Shown here: positions 41,101-51,649 of the stretch, one piece after another
Layout of the letters: each line of letters starts with the position of its first letter
Position numbering within the stretch: position 1 is the stretch's first letter
Assembly: GCA_040377305.1 (NCBI GenBank)
Contig: JBEIPA010000009.1
Span: forward strand, 135,942 to 199,941
Source of the DNA: Flavobacteriales bacterium
GTDB lineage: Bacteria > Bacteroidota > Bacteroidia > Palsa-965
Direction: 5' to 3'
Length of the DNA stretch: 64,000 nt
The notes under the pieces: model-generated
What the model saw: only the letters and a program-made list of their open reading frames with translations
What the model was told of the DNA's origin: nothing
The model's database searches: none
Position numbers and translations under genes: made by a program

Positions 41101-44100
41101 AGACTGAATTCCACCGCACCATTCAGACAGCTTGTGTTATATGCATTCACTGCTGCCGTAATCGTTGTGTATGTTCCTGTTGCACCAACCGTGTAGACTC
41201 CGGAGAGTGGAACAGCGATAGAATAAGTGTTTGCCGGAGAAGGCGGTGTTGTAACTGTGTTCACATCAGAAGCAACCAATCCCACACCCGGGTTCGAACG
41301 AATATTTGGCGTAGGCGTTACAATGTCCTGTGCAATTACGTAATAAGAAACTGCATCACCTTGCACGAGTCCGCCCATAGCTGCAGATGATATAGTAAAC
41401 TGCCAGGTACCGTTTTGTGCGTTACCGGCAATCAAAACACCTTGTGTTGAATTCCACGCCGCAGCATTTTTCCGGAAGTAGACACGTGGCTGAAGCACAC
41501 CAGTGGTAGGAACTCCGCTATTGTCTGTAATGGTCGCTGTAAAGATGCGGTCGGTTGTTGCGCATGTAAATGTTAATGGTGTGTATACAATTGCAGGTGC
41601 TGTTGCATCCAATGGCACACCATCAAATTCATCCGCTCCCATATCCGGTGCAAAGGCACCGCCGTTCACAGAGCCAACAGGACCCGGGCGTGTTTGCGCG
41701 TCGTAGTCGACTGTAATTGTCGGTATAACTGTTCCGCCTGATTCAATCGTGGTTGGCGTAAGTCCAAAGTTGAGATGCAGATCGCCTGTTGCTGTATTCG
41801 TGTAGTTAACTGCTACACCGTTCTGTGAGTTTTGATCGCATGCAGAAGCGCCCTGCCAACCTGTGAACGTTAACGAACCTCCCCAGTAACCAACTGTTGC
41901 GGCCGAAGCATTCAATACATTGTAGTTAGACGCGTTAGCGCCCCAACCTACGTTAGTGGCAGCTGCCAGGTAGTTGTTTGCGATTGCAAAGTGCTCGCCC
42001 GTGCCGCCGGTTCTTGTGTTCGTATAAATATTATTTATTGTAGTGGTCGGAATTGTAACCTGCGCTGCTGAATACGATCCGCGGTTGTGACAAAAACTTG
42101 GTTGTGCACCAGATGCAACAGTGCCTTCAATGTTAAATGAGTTGTAATACAGATTCAGTGTATGTGCAACGACGGAGTTTTGTTGCCACACCCCGTTGAA
42201 TGAAGTGTTTGTTGTTTGTCCAGCACCTAACGACACCATGTTGTTATAGATGTTGATTACACCAGCTGGCTGACGAAGGAAAAAGCCGGATGCAGTTCCA
42301 GGCGTCGCTGCAGCAGTAGATGTGCTCGCATTGCGTAAATCATAAATGCGGTTTCCAAATATTTCTACTGAACTGCAATAGATGGCAACTCCTGCCACGT
42401 TTGTTCCGTTAGTAGTGGTGTTTGTGCACGCAATTGTGGAGATCGTGTTGTTGCTCACAATAGCACCTGCTGTGCTTATGGAATTGAGGAAAATCCCCAT
42501 TGCAGCAAGCAGCGTGCTGCTAATGCCGGTACTGGTAGTTGCGGAGGATAGATTTGTTATAGTGTTGCTGCTGATGGATGGACTTCCGCTGGCTGTAATT
42601 CCACGGATAGATGCTGTTGTACTGGTTGAGCCGTGTCCCACATTCCTGATCATATTCGGGAGTGCTGCAGTACCGATTGTACCTGTTCCGGTTTTACTGC
42701 TTAGAATTCCGTTGAACTGCGATAACCCCGAGGTATTTGTAAATGTTGTGCCGGTGTTGGAAAGGTTGCCACCGGTCATGAGATTACCCATGCGCAGGTT
42801 CGGCAATGTTGTGTTACCAATTGTATTACCGGAAACGTCATACACAGTTCCGGCACCTGCAATGTTAATCCCGTTGATGCCACCGCATGTGGTTGCTGTA
42901 GCTCCCATAGCGTCCAGTGCACCAATTGTGTTATTACGAATCGCAATGGAGTTAGCAGAAGTAACGAAAATTCCGGCGATGATTCCTCCGGTCGTTGTGC
43001 ACACTGTATAAATGGAACCTGTTCCGGTTGTAGCACCGATTGTATTTCCGACTGTAGTACCAATATTCACATTACCAGAAGTTACCGCGATGCCGCAGAA
43101 AATTCCGTTTGTTGTTGTAGCGCCGCTTGATGTAAATAAAGCAAAACCGGCTACTGTGTTGCCTTGTATTTCTGATGAAGGTCCTCCTGCGGTGAATGCG
43201 CAGTTGATCGCCACATATCTCGTTGCATTAGGCGTACCTGTAGTATTGTATGCAGATGGGAATGTCCCTGTGAGCGTTACGCTGTTTCCTACAATGTTAG
43301 TTGTACCGGTACCCGCAGAATTGGCGTAGCCTATTGTGTTTGCGGAAATCGTGTAAGCAGAACCTGATGTAATGTTGATTCCGAAATGTGTTGCGGATGC
43401 CGTGTGTAACCGCGTTGCAGTTTGAAACAACCGGTTGTTTTGTATAATCCATCCGGTATTTCCCGTAGTCACAGCGATTCCTGCAGTAGAGCCCGTCGGA
43501 GCGTAGTAATCAGAAATGTTATTCGCATTGATAACGACTTCGCTGTTCTCCATTCCGGCAGTTGGGGTTCCGGCAGAATAAATTCCATTGCATGAAAAAT
43601 TTGCACCGCTTGCGCTGATCACGCACGTGCTTATCGTGATGGTGTCATTTCCTGTTGTTGTGCCTGTTGAGAAGAAAACCGTTCCGGAAGCTGTGGAAGT
43701 ATTCGCCCCCAGTATAGTTGCATTCTGCACGGCGATAGTATGAGCATCATTAATGAATTGTATTGTAGATGCTGTTCCTGGACTCGTATTTTCAATGGTG
43801 AGTGAATTTCCACTGGAGTTTAGTCCGTCTACCAGTACACGATCGGCTCCGTTGAAATCAATTAGCGGACCAACTACTGTACCGGTTACCGTTCGTGCTG
43901 AACCGCCCTGAGGAACAATGGTGAGCTGCGCCCACGTGCCCTGATTAAGTACTGCAGTTGTGGGTTCTGTTGTGTTTCCAACGATCGCAACAATAATTAT
44001 TGCACCGGTTTGCGCTCCGCTGTTAATTGCTGTGAAAGCTGTTCCAACATCGGGATAGACTCCGTTGCCAACAACTGCTCCTGACACAAGTACGTTTTGC

Positions 44101-44174
44101 GAACGCAACGTTGTGCCGAGAAAGAGAACAATAAATAATGCAGCAAGTACTCTGAAAGTAATTTTCGTGTGCAT
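38103..44174 (-). CDS. Very large T9SS type A cargo: two beta-helix-like modules, an Ig/ASH-like domain, SprB-like repeats and a CTD
   Basis: About 2020 aa, T/G/N/A-rich with xxNxI repeats; two DLH...DMGADEF module ends; FDPSAAGVRQATITV; VYPNPNNG CTD. Confidence 0.85.
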   Translation of the reverse strand: MHTKITFRVLAALFIVLFLGTTLRSQNVLVSGAVVGNGVYPDVGTAFTAINSGAQTGAIIIVAIVGNTTEPTTAVLNQGTWAQLTIVPQGGSARTVTGTVVGPLIDFNGADRVLVDGLNSSGNSLTIENTSPGTASTIQFINDAHTIAVQNATILGANTSTASGTVFFSTGTTTGNDTITISTCVISASGANFSCNGIYSAGTPTAGMENSEVVINANNISDYYAPTGSTAGIAVTTGNTGWIIQNNRLFQTATRLHTASATHFGINITSGSAYTISANTIGYANSAGTGTTNIVGNSVTLTGTFPSAYNTTGTPNATRYVAINCAFTAGGPSSEIQGNTVAGFALFTSSGATTTNGIFCGIAVTSGNVNIGTTVGNTIGATTGTGSIYTVCTTTGGIIAGIFVTSANSIAIRNNTIGALDAMGATATTCGGINGINIAGAGTVYDVSGNTIGNTTLPNLRMGNLMTGGNLSNTGTTFTNTSGLSQFNGILSSKTGTGTIGTAALPNMIRNVGHGSTSTTASIRGITASGSPSISSNTITNLSSATTSTGISSTLLAAMGIFLNSISTAGAIVSNNTISTIACTNTTTNGTNVAGVAIYCSSVEIFGNRIYDLRNASTSTAAATPGTASGFFLRQPAGVINIYNNMVSLGAGQTTNTSFNGVWQQNSVVAHTLNLYYNSFNIEGTVASGAQPSFCHNRGSYSAAQVTIPTTTINNIYTNTRTGGTGEHFAIANNYLAAATNVGWGANASNYNVLNASAATVGYWGGSLTFTGWQGASACDQNSQNGVAVNYTNTATGDLHLNFGLTPTTIESGGTVIPTITVDYDAQTRPGPVGSVNGGAFAPDMGADEFDGVPLDATAPAIVYTPLTFTCATTDRIFTATITDNSGVPTTGVLQPRVYFRKNAAAWNSTQGVLIAGNAQNGTWQFTISSAAMGGLVQGDAVSYYVIAQDIVTPTPNIRSNPGVGLVASDVNTVTTPPSPANTYSIAVPLSGVYTVGATGTYTTITAAVNAYNTSCLNGAVEFSLIDATYPGETFPITILSNPDASAINTLTIKPAVGVTTTITGSNTTAIFLLSGADYVTINGTNGSAVSTVCPAVSASRDLTISQTSTSTAAGVVWMATATGPNSVTNCSIENCIITGNSSTTTLVGLGAGGITVGSSGTNNDNLFFINNDIRACQYGIFSGGLNAATKNQGVTVNQNFLDNTAPNNIGLSGIVVNLTNNIVVSGNTVGNIANTASADIAAINVGFSPVGGFLSTTTGIADGASNVTITNNTIGSVQQTGTFSAVGIGLGNTISGTNLIANNMIYGVMANATPGDLAAGIVLGGGTATTDVYHNTISMQGTVAGASAATSTSACLAVTSATVAPLNINNNILVNTQVGNAGATMRFVSIALGYTSTLGNYVSLVSDNNDLFSAGAGPGSYHVGITGGVQTGISRTTIANWQTETGRDIASSNVAATFVSLTDLHAVAGSNPGIEDAATLIPAITTDFDCATRDACTVDMGADEFGTPREIDVQGNAVTITDGDITPAVTDATDFGIQSVCNGTLSSTFTIMNPGTTALTIANVTISGANAADFTVTTSPAASVAASGSTTFTVTFDPSAAGVRQATITVNTNDCDEAAFDYAIQGTGTDVTATAVSQINVACNGGNDGSATVGTNGGIAPFTYAWTPSGGSGVTENNLTAGGYTVTVTDVNGCTATQTFLITEPGVIALLDITTDEVCFGDSAASIDLSVSGGTSPYTYDWNSGTYTTEDISNISSGNYTVVVTDANGCTMTHTVSVAGPSAPLSTVITMAMGPTTCGGSDGMVDITVSGGTVTYSYLWDNSATTEDISGLTAGTYSVTVTDANGCMDTLSVAIADPAGPTVTLAITNDTVCLADGAFTLSGESPSGGTFSGPGVTAGSFDPAAAGVGTHAIMYMFTDVNGCSNSTTDSIYVDICTGTDSPNNTGLVSVYPNPNNGAFTIQFSSANIADVTVYDAQGKLVVAQKMQPNVANTINLDASGIYMLTVITADGQRTVQRVIVNR

Positions 44175-44444
44175 GGATTTGTGTTTAAGTGTGTGTGCTG
44201 TCGACCGCAGGTGTACTTCCACTGAAGGGTGCAGTAAATCAGGTCGTTAAAAGTCGACTATTTAGGTACGCAAGTCAATATGCAGATGGGAGTTTTGAAA
44301 GGTATTTTTTGCGATTTGTACAACTGGGTGACGGATTAAACCCTGATTTCTGTTGCCCCCTGATCGTTGCCTATTCCTCATCTATATTTCTGGTGATGGT
44401 GTTATCAATAGGTGATGGGTCGCCAGCTTGTTCAGGTAAAAAAG

Positions 44445-44478
44445 AAAAAACCCTCTCCTGTTTGAACAAGAGAGGGTA
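44445..44478 (-). terminator. Terminator after nrdA
   Basis: AAAAAACCCTCTC...GAGAGGGT hairpin. Confidence 0.65.
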
Positions 44479-44502
44479 AGATAAGTTTCAAAACACTTTT
44501 TA

Positions 44503-46881
44503 TTAACTGCCACAAGCCTCGCATCCTTCCGGATCATCGAGCGAGCAGGTGATCTGTTCCATTCCGGCTTCAACAGTAATTTCTGTTGAAACTGAATCCT
44601 GCGGCATTTCCGTGAGCGCAGCCTGATCAACAGTAAACTTGATCGCATCTGCTGCTGCTTTGGTACGCAGGTAGTACATACCTGTCTTCAGACCTTTCTC
44701 CCATGCGTAAAAATGCATTGAAGTAAGCTTTCCGAAGTTTGGACTTGGTACAAACAAATTAAGTGACTGCGACTGGCAAATAAAAGCGCCACGATCAGCA
44801 GCCATATCAATCAACGCGCGCTGCGGAATTTCCCATACAGTGCGGTACAGATCCTTAACGTTTTGCGGAATCTCCGCGATGTCCTGAACAGAACCGTTTG
44901 CTCCGATGATCTTGTTCTTCAGGTTGTCATTCCACAAACCGAGTTTCACGAGATCTTTCAGGAGGTGTTTGTTCACTACTACGAATTCACCAGAGAGAAC
45001 GCGACGTGTGTAAATGTTCGATGTGTAAGGCTCGAAACATTCGTTGTTGCCGAGAATCTGTGAAGTAGATGCAGTTGGCATTGGTGCAAGCAACAGGGAG
45101 TTGCGTACTCCGTATTTCTTGATTTCTTCACGGAGAATATCCCACTCCCAACGGTTGCTAGGTTCAACTCCCCACATGTTGAACTGGAAAATTCCTTTTG
45201 AAATAGGTGAGCCTTCGTACGTTTCGTAAGCCCCATCCACTTTCGCGAGGTCTTTCGAAGCTGTCATCGAAGCGTAATAAATTGTTTCGTGAATTTGCGA
45301 GTTCAACGCGCGTGCTTCCGGAGAATCGAATGGCAAACGCAACAGGATGAATGCATCAGCAAGACCCTGAATGCCGAGACCGATAGGACGGTGGCGCATG
45401 TTTGAGCGACGAGCTTCCGGAACCGGATAGTAATTGCCGTCGATGATCTTGTTCAGGTTTTTCGTTACAACATAAGTTACATCGAACAAACGCTGGTGAT
45501 CGAATTTTCCGTCGATTACAAAACGTGGCAATGCAAGAGAAGCAAGGTTGCACACGGCGATCTCATCAGACGAAGTGTACTCCATAATTTCTGTGCACAG
45601 ATTCGACGACTTGATCGTTCCGAGATTCTGCTGGTTGCTCTTGCTGTTAGCAGCGTCTTTGAACAACATGTATGGATTGCCTGTTTCGATCTGCGATTCC
45701 ATTACTGCGAACCAAAGATCCTGTGCAGGAATCGTCTTACGTGCTTTTCCTTCCTGCTCGTAACGTGTGTAAAGCGCTTCGAATTCTTCGCCCCAACAAT
45801 CAGAAAGTCCAGGACATTCGTTAGGACACATGAGCGACCATGTTCCGTTTTCTTTCACGCGCTTCATGAACAGATCAGGAATCCAGAGTGCAGTGAACAA
45901 ATCACGTGCACGCATTTCTTCTTTACCGTTGTTCTTGCGAAGCTCGAGGAATTCAAAAATATCTGCGTGCCAAGGCTCAAGGTAAATGGCGAAAGAACCT
46001 TTGCGCTTTCCACCTCCCTGGTCAACATAACGTGCCGTGTCGTTGTACACGCGGAGCATCGGAATAATTCCGTTTGATGTTCCGTTTGTGCCTTTGATAT
46101 ACGAACCGGTTGCGCGTACATTGTGAATGCTCAACCCAATTCCGCCAGCGCTCTGAGAAATCTTCGCGCAGTTTTTCAGTGTATCGTAAATTCCGTCGAT
46201 GCTGTCTTCTTTCACAGTGAGCAGGAAGCAAGACGACATTTGCGGTTTCGGTGTGCCCGAATTGAACAACGTTGGAGTAGCGTGAGTGAACCAACGCTCG
46301 CTCATCAGGTTGTATGTTTCAATTGCCGAAGCAACATCTTCTTTGTGAATACCAACCGACACGCGCATGAGCATGTGTTGCGGACGTTCAGCCACTTTGC
46401 CGTGAATCTTCAGCAGGTACGAACGCTCGAGTGTTTTGAACCCGAAATAATCGTAACCGAAATCGCGATCGTAAATGATTGACGAATCGAGAAGCTGTGC
46501 GTTATTCTGGATGATTTCGAAAACATCGTCAGCGAGCAAAGATGCTTTTGCACCTGTCTTCGGATCGAGGTAACGATACAGCACCTCCATTGTTTTGGAG
46601 AACGACTTCTCGGTGTTCTTGTGCAGATTCGATACCGCAATACGCGAGGCAAGCAAAGCATAATCAGGGTGCTTCACCGTCATCGACGCAGCTGTTTCTG
46701 CTGCAAGGTTATCGAGTTCGCTCGTAGTTACACCGGGATAAATTCCCTGGATAACCTTCATCGCAACTTCAACCGGCTGTACGTGAATAGGATCGAGCGC
46801 ATAGCAAAGCTTCTGAATGCGCGCAGTGATTTTGTCGAACTTAATTGATTCTTTGCTTCCGTCTCGCTTGATTACATACAT
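44503..46881 (-). CDS. nrdA: Class Ia ribonucleotide reductase alpha subunit with ATP cone
   Basis: VIKRDG ATP cone, [27 protein letters not shown]-terminal CEACGS. Confidence 0.97.
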   Translation of the reverse strand: MYVIKRDGSKESIKFDKITARIQKLCYALDPIHVQPVEVAMKVIQGIYPGVTTSELDNLAAETAASMTVKHPDYALLASRIAVSNLHKNTEKSFSKTMEVLYRYLDPKTGAKASLLADDVFEIIQNNAQLLDSSIIYDRDFGYDYFGFKTLERSYLLKIHGKVAERPQHMLMRVSVGIHKEDVASAIETYNLMSERWFTHATPTLFNSGTPKPQMSSCFLLTVKEDSIDGIYDTLKNCAKISQSAGGIGLSIHNVRATGSYIKGTNGTSNGIIPMLRVYNDTARYVDQGGGKRKGSFAIYLEPWHADIFEFLELRKNNGKEEMRARDLFTALWIPDLFMKRVKENGTWSLMCPNECPGLSDCWGEEFEALYTRYEQEGKARKTIPAQDLWFAVMESQIETGNPYMLFKDAANSKSNQQNLGTIKSSNLCTEIMEYTSSDEIAVCNLASLALPRFVIDGKFDHQRLFDVTYVVTKNLNKIIDGNYYPVPEARRSNMRHRPIGLGIQGLADAFILLRLPFDSPEARALNSQIHETIYYASMTASKDLAKVDGAYETYEGSPISKGIFQFNMWGVEPSNRWEWDILREEIKKYGVRNSLLLAPMPTASTSQILGNNECFEPYTSNIYTRRVLSGEFVVVNKHLLKDLVKLGLWNDNLKNKIIGANGSVQDIAEIPQNVKDLYRTVWEIPQRALIDMAADRGAFICQSQSLNLFVPSPNFGKLTSMHFYAWEKGLKTGMYYLRTKAAADAIKFTVDQAALTEMPQDSVSTEITVEAGMEQITCSLDDPEGCEACGS

Positions 46882-46944
46882 AGCAGCGTATTTTAATGGG
46901 TTTTGGGAGGAATGTTATTTAATATGAAGGGGGAATATCGTTTT

Positions 46945-47922
46945 CTAAAAGTCTTCGTCGAGCGAGAAAATATTCTGACTCCGATCGGAAGTAACACCTG
47001 CTTTCTGGTATTCAGCAACACGCTTCTCGAAGAAGTTTGTTTTGCCTTGCAGGGAAATCATTTCCATGAAGTCGAATGGATTGGTTGCGTTGTACACTTT
47101 CGTGCATCCGAGTGCAAGCAGCAAGCGGTCGGCAACAAATTCAATGTACTGGCACATCAGATCTGAGTTCATCCCAATGAGTTTCACAGGAATTGCTTCA
47201 GTCACAAATTCTTTTTCGATCAGTACTGCATCTGTAATGATTGCTGTACACGCTTCAACCGAAAGTTTGTTGTTGAGGTGATGTGCGTAAAGCAGGCAGG
47301 CAAAATCGCAATGCAAACCTTCGTCGCGGGAAATCAATTCGTTCGAGAAAGAAAGTCCTGGCATCAAACCGCGCTTCTTCAGCCAGAAGATTGAGCAGAA
47401 CGAACCGGAGAAGAAAATTCCCTCAACCGCTGCGAATGCAATCAACTGCTCGGCGAATGTGCCATTGTTGATCCAGCGCATTGCCCAATCTGCTTTTTTC
47501 TTCACTGCAGGAACGTGATCCACAGCATGGAAGAGATGATCTTTCTCTGTTGGATCTTTGATGTACGTATCGATCAGCAGAGAATATGTTTCGCTGTGAA
47601 TATTCTCGATCATGATCTGGTAACCGTAGAAGCAGCGAGCCTCCGGATACTGAACATCATTGATGAAATTCACCGCAAGATTTTCGTTTACAATTCCGTC
47701 AGATGCTGCGAAGAATGCGAGAACGTGTTTAATGAAATGGCGCTCGTCGTCAGTTAGCTTGTTAGCCCAGTCTGTGAGATCTGCCGAGAGATCAATCTCT
47801 TCTGCAGTCCAGAAACTAGCCTCCGCCTTCTTGTACATCTCCCAGATGTCCCGGTGTTTAATAGGAAAGAGAACGAAGCGGTCTTTGTTCTCGATGAGGA
47901 TTGGTTCGTTAGTTGCGCTCAT
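46945..47922 (-). CDS. nrdB: Class Ia ribonucleotide reductase beta subunit
   Basis: [20 protein letters not shown] (radical Tyr present), [22 protein letters not shown]. Confidence 0.97.
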   Translation of the reverse strand: MSATNEPILIENKDRFVLFPIKHRDIWEMYKKAEASFWTAEEIDLSADLTDWANKLTDDERHFIKHVLAFFAASDGIVNENLAVNFINDVQYPEARCFYGYQIMIENIHSETYSLLIDTYIKDPTEKDHLFHAVDHVPAVKKKADWAMRWINNGTFAEQLIAFAAVEGIFFSGSFCSIFWLKKRGLMPGLSFSNELISRDEGLHCDFACLLYAHHLNNKLSVEACTAIITDAVLIEKEFVTEAIPVKLIGMNSDLMCQYIEFVADRLLLALGCTKVYNATNPFDFMEMISLQGKTNFFEKRVAEYQKAGVTSDRSQNIFSLDEDF

Positions 47923-48334
47923 TTTCGGGCTCCTATTCCGGGGTTATTGGTTTATTAACTGATTGTTAGGCTATTCTGGCGAAAAAAGCAGGCGGATAGC
48001 CTGCTATAATCTCTTAAGGTGTTTGTAGTGAATCACTTAAATCAAATAGGATTCCTGCATTGACCTGTTACAAATTTTCTCAAAAAGAAGGGTTAAGTCA
48101 AGTCCAATCCATTAACAAACGGGTGTAGTTATTCACACAGAGAGCGAGAGAGGCGTGTTAGTAATGTCTAACAACTAGGCTACTTTGCAGCAATGACGCG
48201 GGGTGTAGCGGAGCGTCCAAAAAAATTCAAAAAAAGATGGAGCGCCCGGGTTGTTATGCCGGAAATTTTACTTGGTTAAGTAATGGCGATGGTTGTGAGG
48301 AATTGTCGACGGCTGGAGGTCGCCGCATGGAATT

Positions 48335-49222
48335 CTACCGGCTAATGATCAACGGCTGGTGAAATTCCTCCGTCTCGCAGGTAAATGTTACGTAGTAGAC
48401 ACCTTCCGCCTGGGCAGACAAGTCTATAGCCGTATTTGCAACCACAACGTTTTGAGAGTGGATCACTCGTCCGGTAACGTCGGTTATCGTAACTGTCCCT
48501 TGATTGTTACCGGTTTGTAAAGTAAAAACACCCTGAGATGGATTGGGGAAGAGATCTACTTCAGAAGAAAGGTTTTCTGTAATGCCAACAGGGCCAGTCT
48601 GACACGCTATTTCATGAATGCGCAACGTGTAATAAGGCTGACCCGTTCGCCAAACAGAAACTTTTATCCAACCATATAAAGTTGTTGTACCCAAAATTCT
48701 CACGCCGATGTACACAGGGGTTGTGTCCACGGTCAAATCCTCGCAACGAGTACCGTTTCCTCCGCCTGGAAACCAAACGTTTTTGGAATCGCGTTGGAGA
48801 TACTGCATATCAGAAACCCAGGTTTCATTGTTATCAATGTTTGTTCCGAATGTTAACGGTTCGACATATTTATCAGCAGAAATGAAAACGGGGATTGAGT
48901 CTTGCGTGTAACATGAATCCGTACGCAAATACGCTACCTCACAATTAGCAAGTGGACGAATGAAAACAGTACGCTCATGTGTCCACATCGATTGCCCGCT
49001 ATACCACAACACCATTCTTACATCGAAAGTCCCATCACCGTTCATGTCAATGGCAATTGAATCGGAGCCTGACCAGCCAGTCACAAACTGATCACTCTGC
49101 CAGGCCGGATAGACATAATGATAGTCCCATTGACCGTATTGTCCCGCGACAATGTATTGCGCACTCAACGAAAAACTCGACAGAATAAAAATTGTGTACA
49201 AGGAATGAAGCCGGGACTGCAT
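48335..49222 (-). CDS. T9SS type A cargo protein
   Basis: Signal peptide, DMNGDGTFD, YGWIKV; CTD begins LFPNPSQG. Confidence 0.8.
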   Translation of the reverse strand: MQSRLHSLYTIFILSSFSLSAQYIVAGQYGQWDYHYVYPAWQSDQFVTGWSGSDSIAIDMNGDGTFDVRMVLWYSGQSMWTHERTVFIRPLANCEVAYLRTDSCYTQDSIPVFISADKYVEPLTFGTNIDNNETWVSDMQYLQRDSKNVWFPGGGNGTRCEDLTVDTTPVYIGVRILGTTTLYGWIKVSVWRTGQPYYTLRIHEIACQTGPVGITENLSSEVDLFPNPSQGVFTLQTGNNQGTVTITDVTGRVIHSQNVVVANTAIDLSAQAEGVYYVTFTCETEEFHQPLIISR

Positions 49223-49354
49223 GTTATAAAATTACGAAGCCTTATTGAGGAAAGGAAGGGAAACAGCAACCGGATCTTACGTCGATTGTGCCATTCGTTA
49301 CACAGCGAAAGCCTGGAATCACTCCAACGAAGACGTTCGAAGAATCTTACCCGC

Positions 49355-49942
49355 CTACTTGCCGGTCGAACCGTTCTTATCTATGTAATCAGCAGCTTTC
49401 TCCAAAGCAGCGTACCACTCGTTCCCGAATTTCCGTACGAGAGCTGTCTTCACGAATTTATATACGGGAACCTGCAATTTTTCTCCGCAAGCACAAGCGG
49501 GTTTGCAGATGTCCCACTTTTCGTAATTCACAGCCGTAAACTTTTTGTGTTCTGTAATTCGTACCGGATACAAATGACACGACAATGGTTTCTGCCAGGC
49601 AATCTTTCCATCGCGTTGCGCTTTCTCAATTCCGCAGAATGCAGTTCCATTTTCAAAAATCGTGTAAGCACATTCTTTCTCCGGACCAACAAGAGGCGTT
49701 ACTTTATCTCCGTCGCTGTCGATAACCCACTTGCCTTGCTTCTTGATTGCTTTCTTTCCCTTTTCCGTGAGATAAGGTTCAACTGCAGGATATATTGCTT
49801 CGAGAATTTCGGCTTCACCTGCTTCCAATGGAGCACCCGATTCTCCATGCACGCAACAAGCACCTTTGCAGGCGTTGAGGTCGCACACAAATTGCTTTTC
49901 AACTAAGTCGTCGGATACGAGTGTCTTGCCGATTTCAATCAT
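49355..49942 (-). CDS. DUF3109 family cysteine-rich protein
   Basis: FVCDLNACKGACCVHGESGAPL and KPLSCHLYP; TACCTTTG 4 nt upstream. Confidence 0.88.
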   Translation of the reverse strand: MIEIGKTLVSDDLVEKQFVCDLNACKGACCVHGESGAPLEAGEAEILEAIYPAVEPYLTEKGKKAIKKQGKWVIDSDGDKVTPLVGPEKECAYTIFENGTAFCGIEKAQRDGKIAWQKPLSCHLYPVRITEHKKFTAVNYEKWDICKPACACGEKLQVPVYKFVKTALVRKFGNEWYAALEKAADYIDKNGSTGK

Positions 49943-49992
49943 GGTGCAAAGGTACGAAATCAGTAGGCAGTAGTGCTCGAGCTTCAAACAGA

Positions 49993-50760
49993 TTACTGCC
50001 TGATGACCTTCAGAGTGTAGCCGCTTTCAGTTCTGATGTAATAACAACCGGCAGGTTGAGTGGTAAGGTCCAGTGTGAAGGATCCCGAAAATTCTCCGAT
50101 AAGAATGCTCTCGCCTAATGTATTGTATACCGAGATTTGATTGTTGACTACTGTTCCTGTTTGCTGAATAGTAAATATTCCATTTTCGGATGGGTTGGGA
50201 TAAATAGTCCATTGCGATTCCGCGGCCAATTCATTTATGCCAACAACACCGATGTAAGATGTATCACTCGCATAACATCCTGTTGGAGTCCAGACTTCGA
50301 GCAACACCATGAATGGACCTGAATTCGGATAGGTGTGCGAAGGATTCTGTAACGTCGAGGTAGTTTGATCGCCGAAGTGCCAGAGCCAGGTATTTGCTCC
50401 AACCGTATTAGCGGTGAACTGCACGGTGTTATTTCCTATGTTGGTCCAGGATAATCCGGCAGTGGGATTCGGGAAAACATAAAGTGTACCGAACGCTGTG
50501 TCCGGGCCATTGCCAAATGTTACAATAAGTGTAATTGTATAAATTCCGGGGTTGCTATAGCAATGCATGGGAGATTGCACAGTAGAACCCTGCGTTGCAT
50601 CACCGAAATCCCAAAACCAGGAAACAGCATTTACTGAAGTGCCGCTGAACTGTACACACACCGGGGCACAGCCTGAATCTGCATCCATTGTAAATGACGC
50701 AGTTTGTGAGTACACTTTTCCAAAAACGAAAAGTGAAAAGAGAATTAGAAGTTTTTTCAT
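49993..50760 (-). CDS. PKD-domain T9SS type A cargo
   Basis: Two WxFGD PKD domains; CTD begins IYPNPS. Confidence 0.85.
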   Translation of the reverse strand: MKKLLILFSLFVFGKVYSQTASFTMDADSGCAPVCVQFSGTSVNAVSWFWDFGDATQGSTVQSPMHCYSNPGIYTITLIVTFGNGPDTAFGTLYVFPNPTAGLSWTNIGNNTVQFTANTVGANTWLWHFGDQTTSTLQNPSHTYPNSGPFMVLLEVWTPTGCYASDTSYIGVVGINELAAESQWTIYPNPSENGIFTIQQTGTVVNNQISVYNTLGESILIGEFSGSFTLDLTTQPAGCYYIRTESGYTLKVIRQ

Positions 50761-50923
50761 TGGGCTTGTTTTAAATAGGAATTATTGATGCAGCAAAGCT
50801 ACTGCGCAAACAATCGCCGAAAAATTGTTGATGGATAGATCCTTACTCGTTCAAGTGGCGTGAATTTATTTGTCTTTCGGCCAATTGCGCTGATCTGATT
50901 GGGTGAATGTGCGCGAAGTCTGA

Positions 50924-51436
50924 TTATTTAGCTTGTTGCACCCGCTGATAAATCATCTTGAACCATTCTGTGAATTGATCAGGATGATTCTCAGTCAGCG
51001 CAATTATCTCATTGTACGAAGCATATTTCCACGAAGCTGCTTCTGTCGGATCGGGGTTTGGATGCTGATCGCTTGTGCCAACGAAAACATGATCTAATTC
51101 ATGTTCAATCAGGCCATTTCCAACGTCCGCTTTGTACTGAAATGAAAAAATGAATTTCAGTTCACACGACAATCCCATTTCTTCTTTCAAGCGACGAACT
51201 ACTGCCTTTGCAGTTTCTTCTCCTGCCCGGGGATGGCTGCAACAGGTATTCGTCCACAATCCACCGGAATGATATTTTCCTTCCGCACGTTTTTGAAGAA
51301 GCCATTCTCCTTTCGAGTTGAAAATGAAAATGGAAATAGCACGATGCAATTTTCCTTCTACATGCGCTTGCAGCTTGCCCATCGTGCCTGTTTCGCGATC
51401 GCTATCGTCAACGAGAATTACCTGTTCTTCACTCAT
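50924..51436 (-). CDS. idi: Isopentenyl-diphosphate delta-isomerase type 1
   Basis: LHRAISIF, LLQKRA, WTNTCCSHP and EHELDHVF motifs. Start taken at MSEEQVILVD. Confidence 0.95.
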   Translation of the reverse strand: MSEEQVILVDDSDRETGTMGKLQAHVEGKLHRAISIFIFNSKGEWLLQKRAEGKYHSGGLWTNTCCSHPRAGEETAKAVVRRLKEEMGLSCELKFIFSFQYKADVGNGLIEHELDHVFVGTSDQHPNPDPTEAASWKYASYNEIIALTENHPDQFTEWFKMIYQRVQQAK

Positions 51437-51516
51437 ATTGGGATTCCTGCAATGTAAATGTGGTCGACCTGTTCGTTGGAGCCTTTCCGGACGCGGTGGA
51501 CTGTTACCAGTTTCAT
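51433..51516 (-). CDS. Candidate 27-aa upstream ORF (MKLVTVHRVRKGSNEQVDHIYIAGIPI) coupled to idi
   Basis: Lies just downstream of a minus-strand TATATTTG at 51529-51536; its TGA overlaps the idi ATG (ATGA). Confidence 0.45.
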   Translation of the reverse strand: MKLVTVHRVRKGSNEQVDHIYIAGIPI

Positions 51517-51649
51517 AGAGGTGAACCTCAAATATACAGCAGGCAATCGTACCGTAAGCGATGTACGGAAGATTGTGGCTCACGAGAATTGCTTTACGAA
51601 CTCACAATGACAGTTCCCTGACTCCCTGGTGTTTTGTTATCTTTGCGCC

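Noticed and set aside
44503-47922. Unusual ribonucleotide reductase class or intein
   Set aside because: Lengths are ordinary; the catalytic cysteines, metal ligands and radical tyrosine are present; no insertion is evident.
3982-51436. Co-occurrence of dxr (MEP pathway) and type 1 idi as a novelty
   Set aside because: This is a common combination, also found in E. coli.
51440-51600. SRP RNA or tRNA in the idi-glyQS spacer
   Set aside because: GTCCGGAAAGG only partly resembles the SRP domain IV core and lacks the following AGCAG; no cloverleaf is present.
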